The position numbers and the translations under genes were made by a program. The notes under the pieces were generated by a model. The model was not told the DNA's origin. It saw only the letters and a program-made list of their open reading frames with translations, and did no database searches. A stretch of 64,000 bases of DNA from the NCBI GenBank assembly GCA_964601215.1, contig CAZRMN010000001.1, positions 334 to 64,333 of the forward strand. Reading direction: 5' to 3'. The DNA comes from an uncultured archaeon. Lineage in GTDB: Archaea > Aenigmatarchaeota > Aenigmatarchaeia > CG10238-14 > SCSR01. Shown one piece after another: positions 19,443-27,939 of the stretch (position 1 is the stretch's first letter; each line of letters opens with the position of its first letter).

Positions 19443-22192
19443 ATTCTTACCTCCATAATAGCAGGTCCCCAAAGGGTATAAATGCTTGGGACAAAAACTG
19501 AATCAACATCGATTTCTGGTGAAATTTCGATATCGATTGGATTTGTTGAACTACCGGCTCTTCCTGTATTAAAAGGCATAACCACAAAGTTAAGTTTTTC
19601 TAAAAGTTTTAAAAAAGCATAATCTATTCCATCTTCAGTTATGTTAAGTTCATCAACTGTTATAGGAGTTGGGTCAAAATTGGAGAGATCTTTTCCTATC
19701 GCTACATAAGAATAACCATCTTCATACCCATCATGATCTTTATCGAAATAAATTGTAACGTTTTTACCTTGAATTTTTGGGAATACGTTGCTGTAAGAAG
19801 TGGAAGCTCTTAGCCTTGCAGTATAAATCACCTTGTTTTTATCACCGCACTGTTTACTCACGTTAATAGGATTTGAACCTATAGTAATCTTTATAGTGTT
19901 TGTTTCATTAGTTTTCATGTAAATTGGAGAGAACTGAATTAAAAAAGGATCGCCTAAATCTGTGAAATTCGTGTTAAATTCTGTAAGATTAAAAACACTC
20001 TTCCAGTTATACTCCGAATTATTTATAGAAATATTAATCGTCCAAAAATCTCCAGAGTAGGACAACACTTGGACTTCGTCTACAGTAAACTGGGATGGGA
20101 TGAAAAAACTACCATTACAACCTTCAAATGGATTTGTCTCAACTTTAAGAGATATTTCTCCATAGCTATAGTTGGTTACTTCAGGAGTGAAATTAAAACT
20201 TATGTAAGAATCTGGATATAGTGTAATATTTACAAGACCTGTAAGATTCATTACTTGTCTTATGAAGGATGCGTTAAGGATATTCTGAGCGATTGTATGA
20301 TATATCTGTTCTAACTTACGAGCATCGTCACTCGCGTAGTATGAACCATTTCCACATTTAGCTATTTCTATTAAAGTTTGGTTCGATTGTGGACAATTAA
20401 CTACTGGACCGAAACCTATGGAAAAAATCGTAGCGTTCGTGCGTTGATTTGCTTTGCATGCGTCATCAATAGCATTTGTAATTGCTGTATCATCAACAGT
20501 ATCACCACATTCTGGAACATAATAAGTATCCCTACCACACCATGGTGAGGGGCAAAAATAACTAGGCCAAAACCAATAACCATAGCTACAACAAGTGGTT
20601 CTATCTTCGTCTGCTTGGTAGCATCTCATGTTTGCCGTTCCGTCTGTCATTACTATTATGAACTTTTGTCTTGTTTCATTGCTTTGGTCTTCGAGCATTA
20701 ATCTTGCCATCCTAATTGCACAACAAATGCAAGTAGAACCAGAAGCAGTAAAGCTATCTATAACTGAATGTAAAGTTGCAGTATCGTTTGTAAGATTAGA
20801 TCTATTATAAGCATTATTACTAAATGTAACTAAACCCACTCTGTTGTGAGGGTCGCTTAAGATTATGTCGACAAACTCTTTGTCCAAACACTTGGCTAAA
20901 CTAATTCTTGAGGTATTTGGCCAGTAGATTGATGGATCGGAACAATCATCTCTTTGGATTCCCGTGTTACTACTATTTAATTCATTATTCATACTACCTG
21001 AGATATCGGTAATTAAAATGACATCTGCATTCCCTACTTTTCCAGTTAAGTTCCAAGCTTCTGTTCCAAACCTTACTGGAATGGTTTTTAAACTTAATTG
21101 GGAATAATTAAGAAGAGAAGACAGAGTGGAATTATCAATCTCGACTGTTTGAGGTAAACTACTCCCAGAAAAATTGAAAACTGTAACATTTCCTATGTTC
21201 AAATATATTATATAATTGCTTCGAAAGTGTAAGTGTATACTCATAGAAGTTAGGTTTCCAGGGATGTAAAACGAATCATATTGGTTTATAACACCAACAA
21301 CTCCAGGGAAGTAAAATCTAGTAGAATTAGAAATTTTTCCAACCATTTGTGAGGTCTCGTAAGATACTTTAATAAAACCACCAGCAACATACATCCTATT
21401 AATATCTCCACTCGTGAAATTGATGTTAAACTTGTTATCCGAACCCTTTGAGATATTACCCAAACAAATAGGATCTTTTATTTCCCAAGTGTCAACAGAA
21501 AACCTTCCAGGAGTTTTTGTAAATTCTTTGCAATAATTCCCGTTTATGTAAAGCTTAAAATTATCCCCAAAACTTCCCTCAACTTTTATACCAGTAATAT
21601 TTGCGTCTGAAGGTATGTCTTTAATAATTACCGTCAAATTCCCTTGGCCAATAAAACCTCCAAAATAAGCATAGGAAGATGTTGTTTTACTTTTTATTGT
21701 TTTTAAAGAAGTCCTTACCATATAACCTTCCACAGGTTTACCTATGCTATAGCCAGAAATAACAAATTCAGATTTAGAAAGAATGTCTTTTTTTGGTACA
21801 GAATTGTTTGAAACTGGAGTACCATCTATAAGTACCTCATACCCTAAGTTTTTTTGGAGAGTATAATTCATTATTCCTTCGATAATTTTCCTCGCATAGG
21901 ATATGTTATTCTGAGCCCAGAAGTAGCCTATAACATCTAGGATACTCTTATCCATATCATCTTTGGTTATTATTCCTTGTTCCAAATATTCCTTAATAAT
22001 CGAAAAATTCTCTGCATCTCTAATTCTAGTGTTTGTTAAAAGTTGTGAAATATCGTGCGATAAATGGTAAAATCTTTCATATTGCGTTTCTTGATAAATC
22101 GGACCAAAAGTCATAGAGGATATAAAGATTAAGAAAGAGACTAGTATGACTATCGCTAAAGCTGCTTCTAAACTGAAGGCGATTCCTTTCAT
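19433..22192 (-). CDS. Large vWA-domain pilus adhesin-like protein
   Basis: MKG|IAFSLEA class III signal; MIDAS DISGS...T...TDG; many N-x-S/T sequons. Confidence 0.8.
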   Translation of the reverse strand: MKGIAFSLEAALAIVILVSFLIFISSMTFGPIYQETQYERFYHLSHDISQLLTNTRIRDAENFSIIKEYLEQGIITKDDMDKSILDVIGYFWAQNNISYARKIIEGIMNYTLQKNLGYEVLIDGTPVSNNSVPKKDILSKSEFVISGYSIGKPVEGYMVRTSLKTIKSKTTSSYAYFGGFIGQGNLTVIIKDIPSDANITGIKVEGSFGDNFKLYINGNYCKEFTKTPGRFSVDTWEIKDPICLGNISKGSDNKFNINFTSGDINRMYVAGGFIKVSYETSQMVGKISNSTRFYFPGVVGVINQYDSFYIPGNLTSMSIHLHFRSNYIIYLNIGNVTVFNFSGSSLPQTVEIDNSTLSSLLNYSQLSLKTIPVRFGTEAWNLTGKVGNADVILITDISGSMNNELNSSNTGIQRDDCSDPSIYWPNTSRISLAKCLDKEFVDIILSDPHNRVGLVTFSNNAYNRSNLTNDTATLHSVIDSFTASGSTCICCAIRMARLMLEDQSNETRQKFIIVMTDGTANMRCYQADEDRTTCCSYGYWFWPSYFCPSPWCGRDTYYVPECGDTVDDTAITNAIDDACKANQRTNATIFSIGFGPVVNCPQSNQTLIEIAKCGNGSYYASDDARKLEQIYHTIAQNILNASFIRQVMNLTGLVNITLYPDSYISFNFTPEVTNYSYGEISLKVETNPFEGCNGSFFIPSQFTVDEVQVLSYSGDFWTINISINNSEYNWKSVFNLTEFNTNFTDLGDPFLIQFSPIYMKTNETNTIKITIGSNPINVSKQCGDKNKVIYTARLRASTSYSNVFPKIQGKNVTIYFDKDHDGYEDGYSYVAIGKDLSNFDPTPITVDELNITEDGIDYAFLKLLEKLNFVVMPFNTGRAGSSTNPIDIEISPEIDVDSVFVPSIYTLWGPAIMEVRIWA

Positions 22193-22193
22193 G

Positions 22194-22691
22194 CTATCTC
22201 CATAAAACAAATTCCATTATTCCCATTTCCCTTCTATTTCCAAAATCTATCAAAACAAATCTTTCTATTGGAATGACAATTTTAGCATTAGTTGGTTTCA
22301 TACCAAGAAAAATACTCCCTTCTGAGAAAAATCCGCGAGTTATGTTTGTAAAATTCATAAAAAAGTTGTATTCTTCCAGACCTAAAAGAGCTCTTATTCT
22401 ATTGTTGCCCATATTTTTCAACCTTAATATTTTTGTATAGTTTAATACATTTTCTGTTTCAGCAAGTCCTACAGAAATTACATTTGTCTCATTCCAATCT
22501 TCTGGCAAACCAGTTGTCCTAACAAGGACATCACTAATTCTTTGAATTCTTTTACTCATTAAACTTATCTCATAAGAAGTTTTGAGTTGATCTATAGCAC
22601 GATTTGAAACTAAAAGTGCAATGACAAAAATACTAACAAAAATTGTTATGCTCACTATTAAATCAACTGAAATTATTTGTCCTTTATTCAA
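22194..22691 (-). CDS. Minor pilin-like protein
   Basis: NKG|QIISVD plus hydrophobic helix; G-x-P-x-x-W motif. Confidence 0.75.
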   Translation of the reverse strand: MNKGQIISVDLIVSITIFVSIFVIALLVSNRAIDQLKTSYEISLMSKRIQRISDVLVRTTGLPEDWNETNVISVGLAETENVLNYTKILRLKNMGNNRIRALLGLEEYNFFMNFTNITRGFFSEGSIFLGMKPTNAKIVIPIERFVLIDFGNRREMGIMEFVLWR

Positions 22692-23082
22692 CTATTATCA
22701 ACCCGTTTTCATTTCTAATTGTATTTTTCCCTTTTGAAAAATTACCACTCACGTTTCTTGTTAAAATAGGAAAAAAGTAAGTGTTACCATTAATTTCAAT
22801 TTCTATTCTTCCATTTACAGAATCTATTGTTATATTGTAATCCAATCCTTGGATTTTTTCTTGCAAGAAATAGCTCTTTCTATATCCATCACCTTCTTCT
22901 AATGCTAAGTTTATCTGTCCTGCTACCTCATTCCCTATCCTTTTTGCTTCGAAATCTATGCTTTCTGTATAAACATGACCAAGATGATAATAAACAACTC
23001 CAGCAAAAGCTGTTAGAAAAATTATTAAAAAAATTATAATCAAAATCATTTCTATTGTAACCTGCGACTTAGAAAGTGACAT
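22684..23082 (-). CDS. Minor pilin-like protein
   Basis: KS|QVTIE plus hydrophobic helix. Confidence 0.75.
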   Translation of the reverse strand: MSLSKSQVTIEMILIIIFLIIFLTAFAGVVYYHLGHVYTESIDFEAKRIGNEVAGQINLALEEGDGYRKSYFLQEKIQGLDYNITIDSVNGRIEIEINGNTYFFPILTRNVSGNFSKGKNTIRNENGLIIVE

Positions 23083-23473
23083 TCACATAACCTTCCATAG
23101 CTTCTAAAACTATAACATAATATCCCTCATTAATTGGTAAGCTCCCATTCAACTTACAATTAGATACATCATATACTGGAACAATACTCGAATCTATTCG
23201 AATATTATAAAAAATAGTATAGTTTTCAAAGCCAGCGTCAACCACTCCACTAGGTATATAAGCAGAAATAGAATGACGTGCTGGCTCTCCTTCTATGCAT
23301 AGAATATCCGAAACTTCTTTTAGTCTCTTAACCAAACTCTGAAGTTGAGAAACCTTTATCTGAGCGGAGGTATTAGAACTTATAGTTAAGGAATACCATA
23401 AAACTATTGAAATTATTAAGATAAGTACTGTTGAAAGAACTAAGTATTCTATAGCAGCTTGAGATTTATTCAT
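23069..23473 (-). CDS. Minor pilin-like protein
   Basis: KS|QAAIEYL plus hydrophobic helix. Confidence 0.75.
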   Translation of the reverse strand: MNKSQAAIEYLVLSTVLILIISIVLWYSLTISSNTSAQIKVSQLQSLVKRLKEVSDILCIEGEPARHSISAYIPSGVVDAGFENYTIFYNIRIDSSIVPVYDVSNCKLNGSLPINEGYYVIVLEAMEGYVNVTF

Positions 23474-23505
23474 ATTTTAAATTTATTTATCTTTAATAAA
23501 AAACA

Positions 23506-24078
23506 CTATACACAGTATAAAACGAAAGAAGAATTGAAGGTTGTTATGTTTTGGTCATCTTTTAAAATCAAATTAATACTCCATTCTCCTTCAGGAGGCA
23601 AAGTCATGTTGTGCGGTAAGAAAATTAACACCTTTTCTTCCTCGTTCGGATAAAGAAAAGATTTTGGGATATAAACTCCTAACATTTCATTTTCATGATA
23701 AAATTCAGCGTTTGAAAAATCAACCATTTGTGTTCCAATATTTTTAATCAGAACTTCTAAAAAATCTTTGCAATAGATAAGTTTAACTAAAAGTTTAGTA
23801 AACTTAGCTTGAGTCCCTCCCAGAGGAACTAAAAATTGGGGCGTAAAGTTCCCAGTTTCATTAATAGTTTCATTTTTACTTTCGCTTCCAAGAGTTTCGT
23901 TTGATGGTTTTGGAATGAATGAAAAAGATTCTGAAATTTTTTTACTTATGTTGTTAAAAGTTTCAGTTATTTTTGGAGGGATTTTTTCTGTTTCTTTAGG
24001 ATATAAAAACCATACAAAAACTAGAATTAGAAAAAAAGCTAAAGGAATGAGCAAAAATTTTTTTGGAATTTTTTTCAT
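23506..24078 (-). CDS. Membrane-anchored hypothetical protein
   Basis: N-terminal TM helix and beta-rich C-terminus. Confidence 0.6.
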   Translation of the reverse strand: MKKIPKKFLLIPLAFFLILVFVWFLYPKETEKIPPKITETFNNISKKISESFSFIPKPSNETLGSESKNETINETGNFTPQFLVPLGGTQAKFTKLLVKLIYCKDFLEVLIKNIGTQMVDFSNAEFYHENEMLGVYIPKSFLYPNEEEKVLIFLPHNMTLPPEGEWSINLILKDDQNITTFNSSFVLYCV

Positions 24079-24094
24079 AATTATTATTTGAATT

Positions 24095-24108
24095 AAAAAA
24101 GAAATAAA
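24095..24108 (-). terminator. U-rich terminator-like tract of the BHB ncRNA
   Basis: Minus strand reads TTTATTTCTTTTTT directly after the closing helix. Confidence 0.55.
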
Positions 24109-24109
24109 G

Positions 24110-24224
24110 TGTAGTTAAGTACGAGGTTTAGAATTTTTGAACTTTCCTTCGAACTTCCGAAGAAGTTCTTAGGAAAGTTTGTAGCTGTTAGCTACTGAAT
24201 TCTAAACTTCCTCCTTAACTACAT
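24110..24224 (-). ncRNA. Stand-alone structured RNA closed by a perfect BHB motif (predicted precursor of an 87-nt circular RNA)
   Basis: 10-bp outer helix, GAGG/CCUC central helix, AAG and GUA bulges, 9-bp inner helix, three-way junction, cUUCGg tetraloop; promoter-like box upstream and U-tract downstream. Confidence 0.75.
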
Positions 24225-24245
24225 TTAACTATTTTCTTACTAGCC

Positions 24246-24258
24246 TTATAAGCTTTTT
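24246..24258 (-). promoter_or_regulatory. BRE/TATA-like promoter for the ncRNA
   Basis: Minus strand AAAAAG-CTTATAA ending about 22 nt upstream of the structured region. Confidence 0.6.
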
Positions 24259-24259
24259 G

Positions 24260-25396
24260 CTAGAAATGCCTGAACACTGCAAATCTTAGTAACTCCAAAA
24301 CTTCTCCCTTTCCTTCTGTCTCTGGTAACCTTTTGCTAACTACTTTTATTCCTTCTTTATAAAGGTTTGCTGCTAGGTTTTTTGCATCTTCTATTGCCTT
24401 ATATTCGTGCATTAACTCTATAACTTTTACCTTAATTTCATCTATACTTTCCTGAACTTTTTTGTATTTTTCAGAATTTTCCAAACTTTTATCTCTTAAC
24501 GAATCCCTAAGTGTTACTAACTTTTTCATTTTTCCGTTAACGTCGAGCATCTTTTCTAAATATTTTTTATCTTTTGGTTCAGCTGCTTTAAAAACTTTTG
24601 CTAGAGGTAAAGTTCTTTTTATTTCCTCAAGGTCACCTGCCCAATCTTTTCCAAACTTTTGAGTTCTTAGAGTTGCTTCTCCCCTTTCTTGTTCTTTCTC
24701 TACAGTCAAATCAAGCACATCATCTTGAATTTGGAAAGCTATTCCAATTTTTATAAGTGCAGACTTTAGTTCGTTTATTTCCTCATCACTTACTTCTGAT
24801 ATTATCGCTCCATAGCGATATGGGGTAAATATAGTGTAAAAAGCTGATTTGTCTTCAAGTATTTTCAAAACTTTTTCTTCAGTCATCTCAGCTAAAGGTT
24901 TTTTCCTAAGGATAAACTCTAAATCCTGACCTTCACAAGTTGTCTTAAGCATTTCTTGTCTTGCTGAAATTAACCTGGAATAAATAGAAAGACCCCATTT
25001 TTCTTTTCCTTTTTCCAAAGCCATTTCTGCCAAAGTCCTTAAATAGTCTCCATAGTTTATCGCATTATCTATTCCGTAAAGAATATGTAAGCAAGGTTTT
25101 CCCCTTCTTAAACGTGAATCATCTTCTATATCATCATGAATCAAAAACCAATTGTGATCGTACTGCAAGGAAACTGCAGCCCAAACAGCATCTTCAAGAT
25201 TTTTAACTTCATAAGCTTTTACTGTTGACAAAACCAAACCTGGTCTAAGATATTTTCCTCCTCTGCTCAAGTATTCGTCTATTGCAAGACCCATTTGTTC
25301 ATTATCCTTTGGAATATTAAAAGTTTCTATAAGATTAATTTTCATGTATTTTTCTACATTTATTAAAGCTCTTGGAATTCTTTTCATGATAACCAA
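24260..25396 (-). CDS. Polyprenyl (geranylgeranyl) diphosphate synthase
   Basis: GGKYLRP, LIHDDIED..RRG, GQDLE, AFQIQDDVLD. Confidence 0.92.
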   Translation of the reverse strand: MVIMKRIPRALINVEKYMKINLIETFNIPKDNEQMGLAIDEYLSRGGKYLRPGLVLSTVKAYEVKNLEDAVWAAVSLQYDHNWFLIHDDIEDDSRLRRGKPCLHILYGIDNAINYGDYLRTLAEMALEKGKEKWGLSIYSRLISARQEMLKTTCEGQDLEFILRKKPLAEMTEEKVLKILEDKSAFYTIFTPYRYGAIISEVSDEEINELKSALIKIGIAFQIQDDVLDLTVEKEQERGEATLRTQKFGKDWAGDLEEIKRTLPLAKVFKAAEPKDKKYLEKMLDVNGKMKKLVTLRDSLRDKSLENSEKYKKVQESIDEIKVKVIELMHEYKAIEDAKNLAANLYKEGIKVVSKRLPETEGKGEVLELLRFAVFRHF

Positions 25397-25456
25397 TAAG
25401 TGTGAAAAATATTAATATTTTAAAACTTTTTTTGTTTCAAAATCAATTGTAAAAAT

Positions 25457-25873
25457 ATGAAGTTCAAGTTTTTGGACATTACTACAGCTGATGTAGCCTT
25501 TGAAGCTTATGGAAAAACTCTAGAGGAACTTTTTGCTAATGCTGCTTTAGCAATGTTTGAAGTTATGATTAATACTAAGCAAATAGAAAAAAAAGTTGAA
25601 AAAAGAATCAAGCTTAAAGGAAATGATTTAGAATCTTTAATGTTTAATTGGTTAAACGAACTTTTGTTTTTTTATGGCTCTGAAAATCTAGCCTTTTCCG
25701 ATTTTAAAGTAAAAATCGATGAGAAAAATTTAACTCTAGAAGCAAAGGTTTTTGGGGAGCCAATAAATCCAGAGAAGCATGAAACTAGAACTGAGGTAAA
25801 GGCTGCTACGATGCATAAAATGAAAGTTTGGAAAGAAGAAACTTGGAAAGCTCAAGTGATACTAGATATCTAA
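25457..25873 (+). CDS. Archease (RtcB activator)
   Basis: TADVAFEAYG-x-TLEE-x-F-x-NAA, EVKAAT-x-H, C-terminal LDI; converges on rtcB with overlapping stops. Confidence 0.93.
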   Translation: MKFKFLDITTADVAFEAYGKTLEELFANAALAMFEVMINTKQIEKKVEKRIKLKGNDLESLMFNWLNELLFFYGSENLAFSDFKVKIDEKNLTLEAKVFGEPINPEKHETRTEVKAATMHKMKVWKEETWKAQVILDI

Positions 25874-27359
25874 CCCTTTACTACGCCTAAAGGAACTAAT
25901 CTTACAACTCTTTTACTTATTCCTGCTTTTTCAGTAACTAAAGCAACTTCATCTATCTCTTTATAAACTTGTGGAGCTTCCTCTGCAACTACTTTCCAAC
26001 TGGCAGCTCTTACCAAAATTCCCCTACTAGCCAAATTTCTAGCAACAACTTCTCCCCTAAAAAGCTTCAAAGCTTTTGACCTAGACTTTAACCTTCCTGC
26101 TCCATGAGCAGTAGAATAAAATGTCTCTTTTGCTGTTTTTGCAGCAACTAAAACATAACTTGCTGAACCCATACTACCAGGAATTATCACCGGCTGGCCT
26201 ACGCTTTGATAATCTTTTGGTATATCTTTAAAACCTGCAGGGAAAGCCCTTGTAGCTCCTTTCCTGTGCACATAAACCTTTTTCTTTTCTCCGTTTATTT
26301 CATGTTCTTCTACTTTTCCAATGTTATGAGCAACATCATACATAACTTCTAAACCAATCTCTTCTTGTTTCATTCCTAATATTTTCATTATACTTTCTCT
26401 GACCCAATGAGTAATCATTTGCCTATTACACCAAGCAAAATTTGCTGCACAAGCCATCGCACCAAAATAATCTTCCAGTTCTTTAGTACCAGCAGGAGCA
26501 TAGACAAGTTCTCTATCTGGTAATTTTTTAATTAAATCTCTAAACCTTGATTCGAGCAAATGCAAATAATCAGTACAAACTTGATGGCCGAAGCCTCGAG
26601 AGCCAGTATGAATCATCACACAAACTTGTCCTTTTTTTTCAATCCCGAAAACTTTTGCTATTTCTGGAAGAAAAATCTTATCCACTTTTTGAATCTCAAG
26701 AAAATGATTTCCTGCCCCTAAACTTCCAAGCTGAGGAGCACCTCTTTGCAAAGCTTTTTTTGAAACTTTATCAGCATTAGCTTGCTTCATACAGCCATTT
26801 TCTTCCAAGTGTTCTAAATCTCTTTCTGTTCCATAACCTTGTTCAACTGCCCATCTTGCTCCAGCCTCTAAAACCTCGTTTTGTAGTTGAGAAGGAGAAA
26901 GTTTAATTTTACCTCCTCTTCCAACTCCAGAAGGAACATTCTTAAAAATCGAATCTAATAATTCTTTTAGCCTTGGCCTTACTTGTTCTTCTGTTAAGTT
27001 TGTAGTTAATAACCTAACACCACAATTGATATCAAAACCTATCCCACCTGGTGATAAACCACCTTCTTCACAATCTAAAGCTGCAACCCCCCCGATAGGA
27101 AAACCTTGGCCGCTTATAAGTATACTTATAAGCTATAGCCGAAATGCATATCGGGAAGGGCGATACTGTGTTTGTAAATCCCTGGTAAAAAAGCTACATT
27201 TGCTATTTGTTCTATAGCTCCTTCTTCTACTTGTTTCAAAAGTTTTTTTGATAAAAAAAGCCATGCTGGCACACGCATTCCTGACTTTGCTCCTTTCGGG
27301 AGTTCCCATATGCATGGTCCAATTTCTTTAAGTTTTTCTTTCAGTACTATTTCAATCAC
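25870..27359 (-). CDS. rtcB: tRNA-splicing RNA ligase RtcB in two exons (27359-27135 and 27105-25870), about 486 aa after splicing
   Basis: Exon 1 ends PDMHFGY; exon 2 starts GFPIGG and carries DINC, GNHF, HTGSRG, HN, HRKGAT, HGAGR; exon 2 is in frame with ORF 25870-26808. Confidence 0.93.
27106..27134 (-). other. 29-nt BHB-type mRNA intron in rtcB
   Basis: GGCU-AU|A-GCUUAUAAG-UAUA-CUUAUAAGC-GGCC-AA|G; cutting at canonical positions restores the frame. Confidence 0.88.
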
Positions 27360-27417
27360 CTCTAATTAACTCTCTTTAAATTAAGTTATTATAAAGTTAT
27401 AAATAAAGTTTTCTTGC

Positions 27418-27621
27418 TTATTCTTCAACTACAAAAGCAATTTTTACGTTTGCCCTGTACTCGGTTATTTTATTGTCTTTTACTTCAGCTTTTAAGCCGA
27501 CAACATCTATTCCAGTAATATTTCTTACTGTCTTTGCTGTTCTTTCCAAGGCTTTTTTAACCGCATCCTCCCAACTGTTCTCAGAAGTTCCTATTACTTC
27601 TATTACTTTAACAACAGTCAT
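27418..27621 (-). CDS. Dodecin (flavin-binding)
   Basis: KVIEVIGTS-x-x-SWEDA..A-x-KT-x-RNI..EYR-x-x-x-K-x-x-F. Confidence 0.9.
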   Translation of the reverse strand: MTVVKVIEVIGTSENSWEDAVKKALERTAKTVRNITGIDVVGLKAEVKDNKITEYRANVKIAFVVEE

Positions 27622-27663
27622 TTTCTCACCTTTATTTTTTCTTGTAGTAATACTAAATAAATG

Positions 27664-27897
27664 TTACTCTATTTTCAATGCTTTTTTCAAACCCTCTACA
27701 TTATAGCCTACAATTATTTTTCCGTCTATTTCGGTTACAGGTACACCCATTTGCCCAGATTTTTCGATCATTTCTCTTGCAGCTTCTCTATCTTTTGAAA
27801 CATCTACTTCTTCAAATTCTATCCCATGATCTTTTAAGAATTGTTTAACCAAATAGCAAAAAGGACATGTTGGTGTAGTATAGACTTTCACCTTCAT
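27664..27897 (-). CDS. Glutaredoxin / NrdH-like redoxin
   Basis: YTTPTCPFC, SGQMGVP. Confidence 0.92.
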   Translation of the reverse strand: MKVKVYTTPTCPFCYLVKQFLKDHGIEFEEVDVSKDREAAREMIEKSGQMGVPVTEIDGKIIVGYNVEGLKKALKIE

Positions 27898-27939
27898 GGA
27901 TCATCCCGTTTTATTAAAATTGTCCTTTAAATTTTATAT

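Noticed and set aside
24110..24224. ncRNA as 5S rRNA, SRP RNA, permuted tRNA, simple terminator or rolling-circle ORF
   Set aside because: No 5S or SRP motifs seen; no D-arm, U33 or purine 37; too elaborate for a terminator and has its own promoter-like box; all three frames of the 87-nt circle contain stops.
27112..27133. Intron palindrome as an internal TATA promoter
   Set aside because: No purine-rich BRE, and an internal start would omit conserved N-terminal residues; the hairpin role explains it.
25870..27359. rtcB as a frameshifted pseudogene or sequencing error
   Set aside because: The break is a structured 29-nt insert whose BHB cut sites restore the motif exactly; the catalytic motifs and the archease partner are intact.
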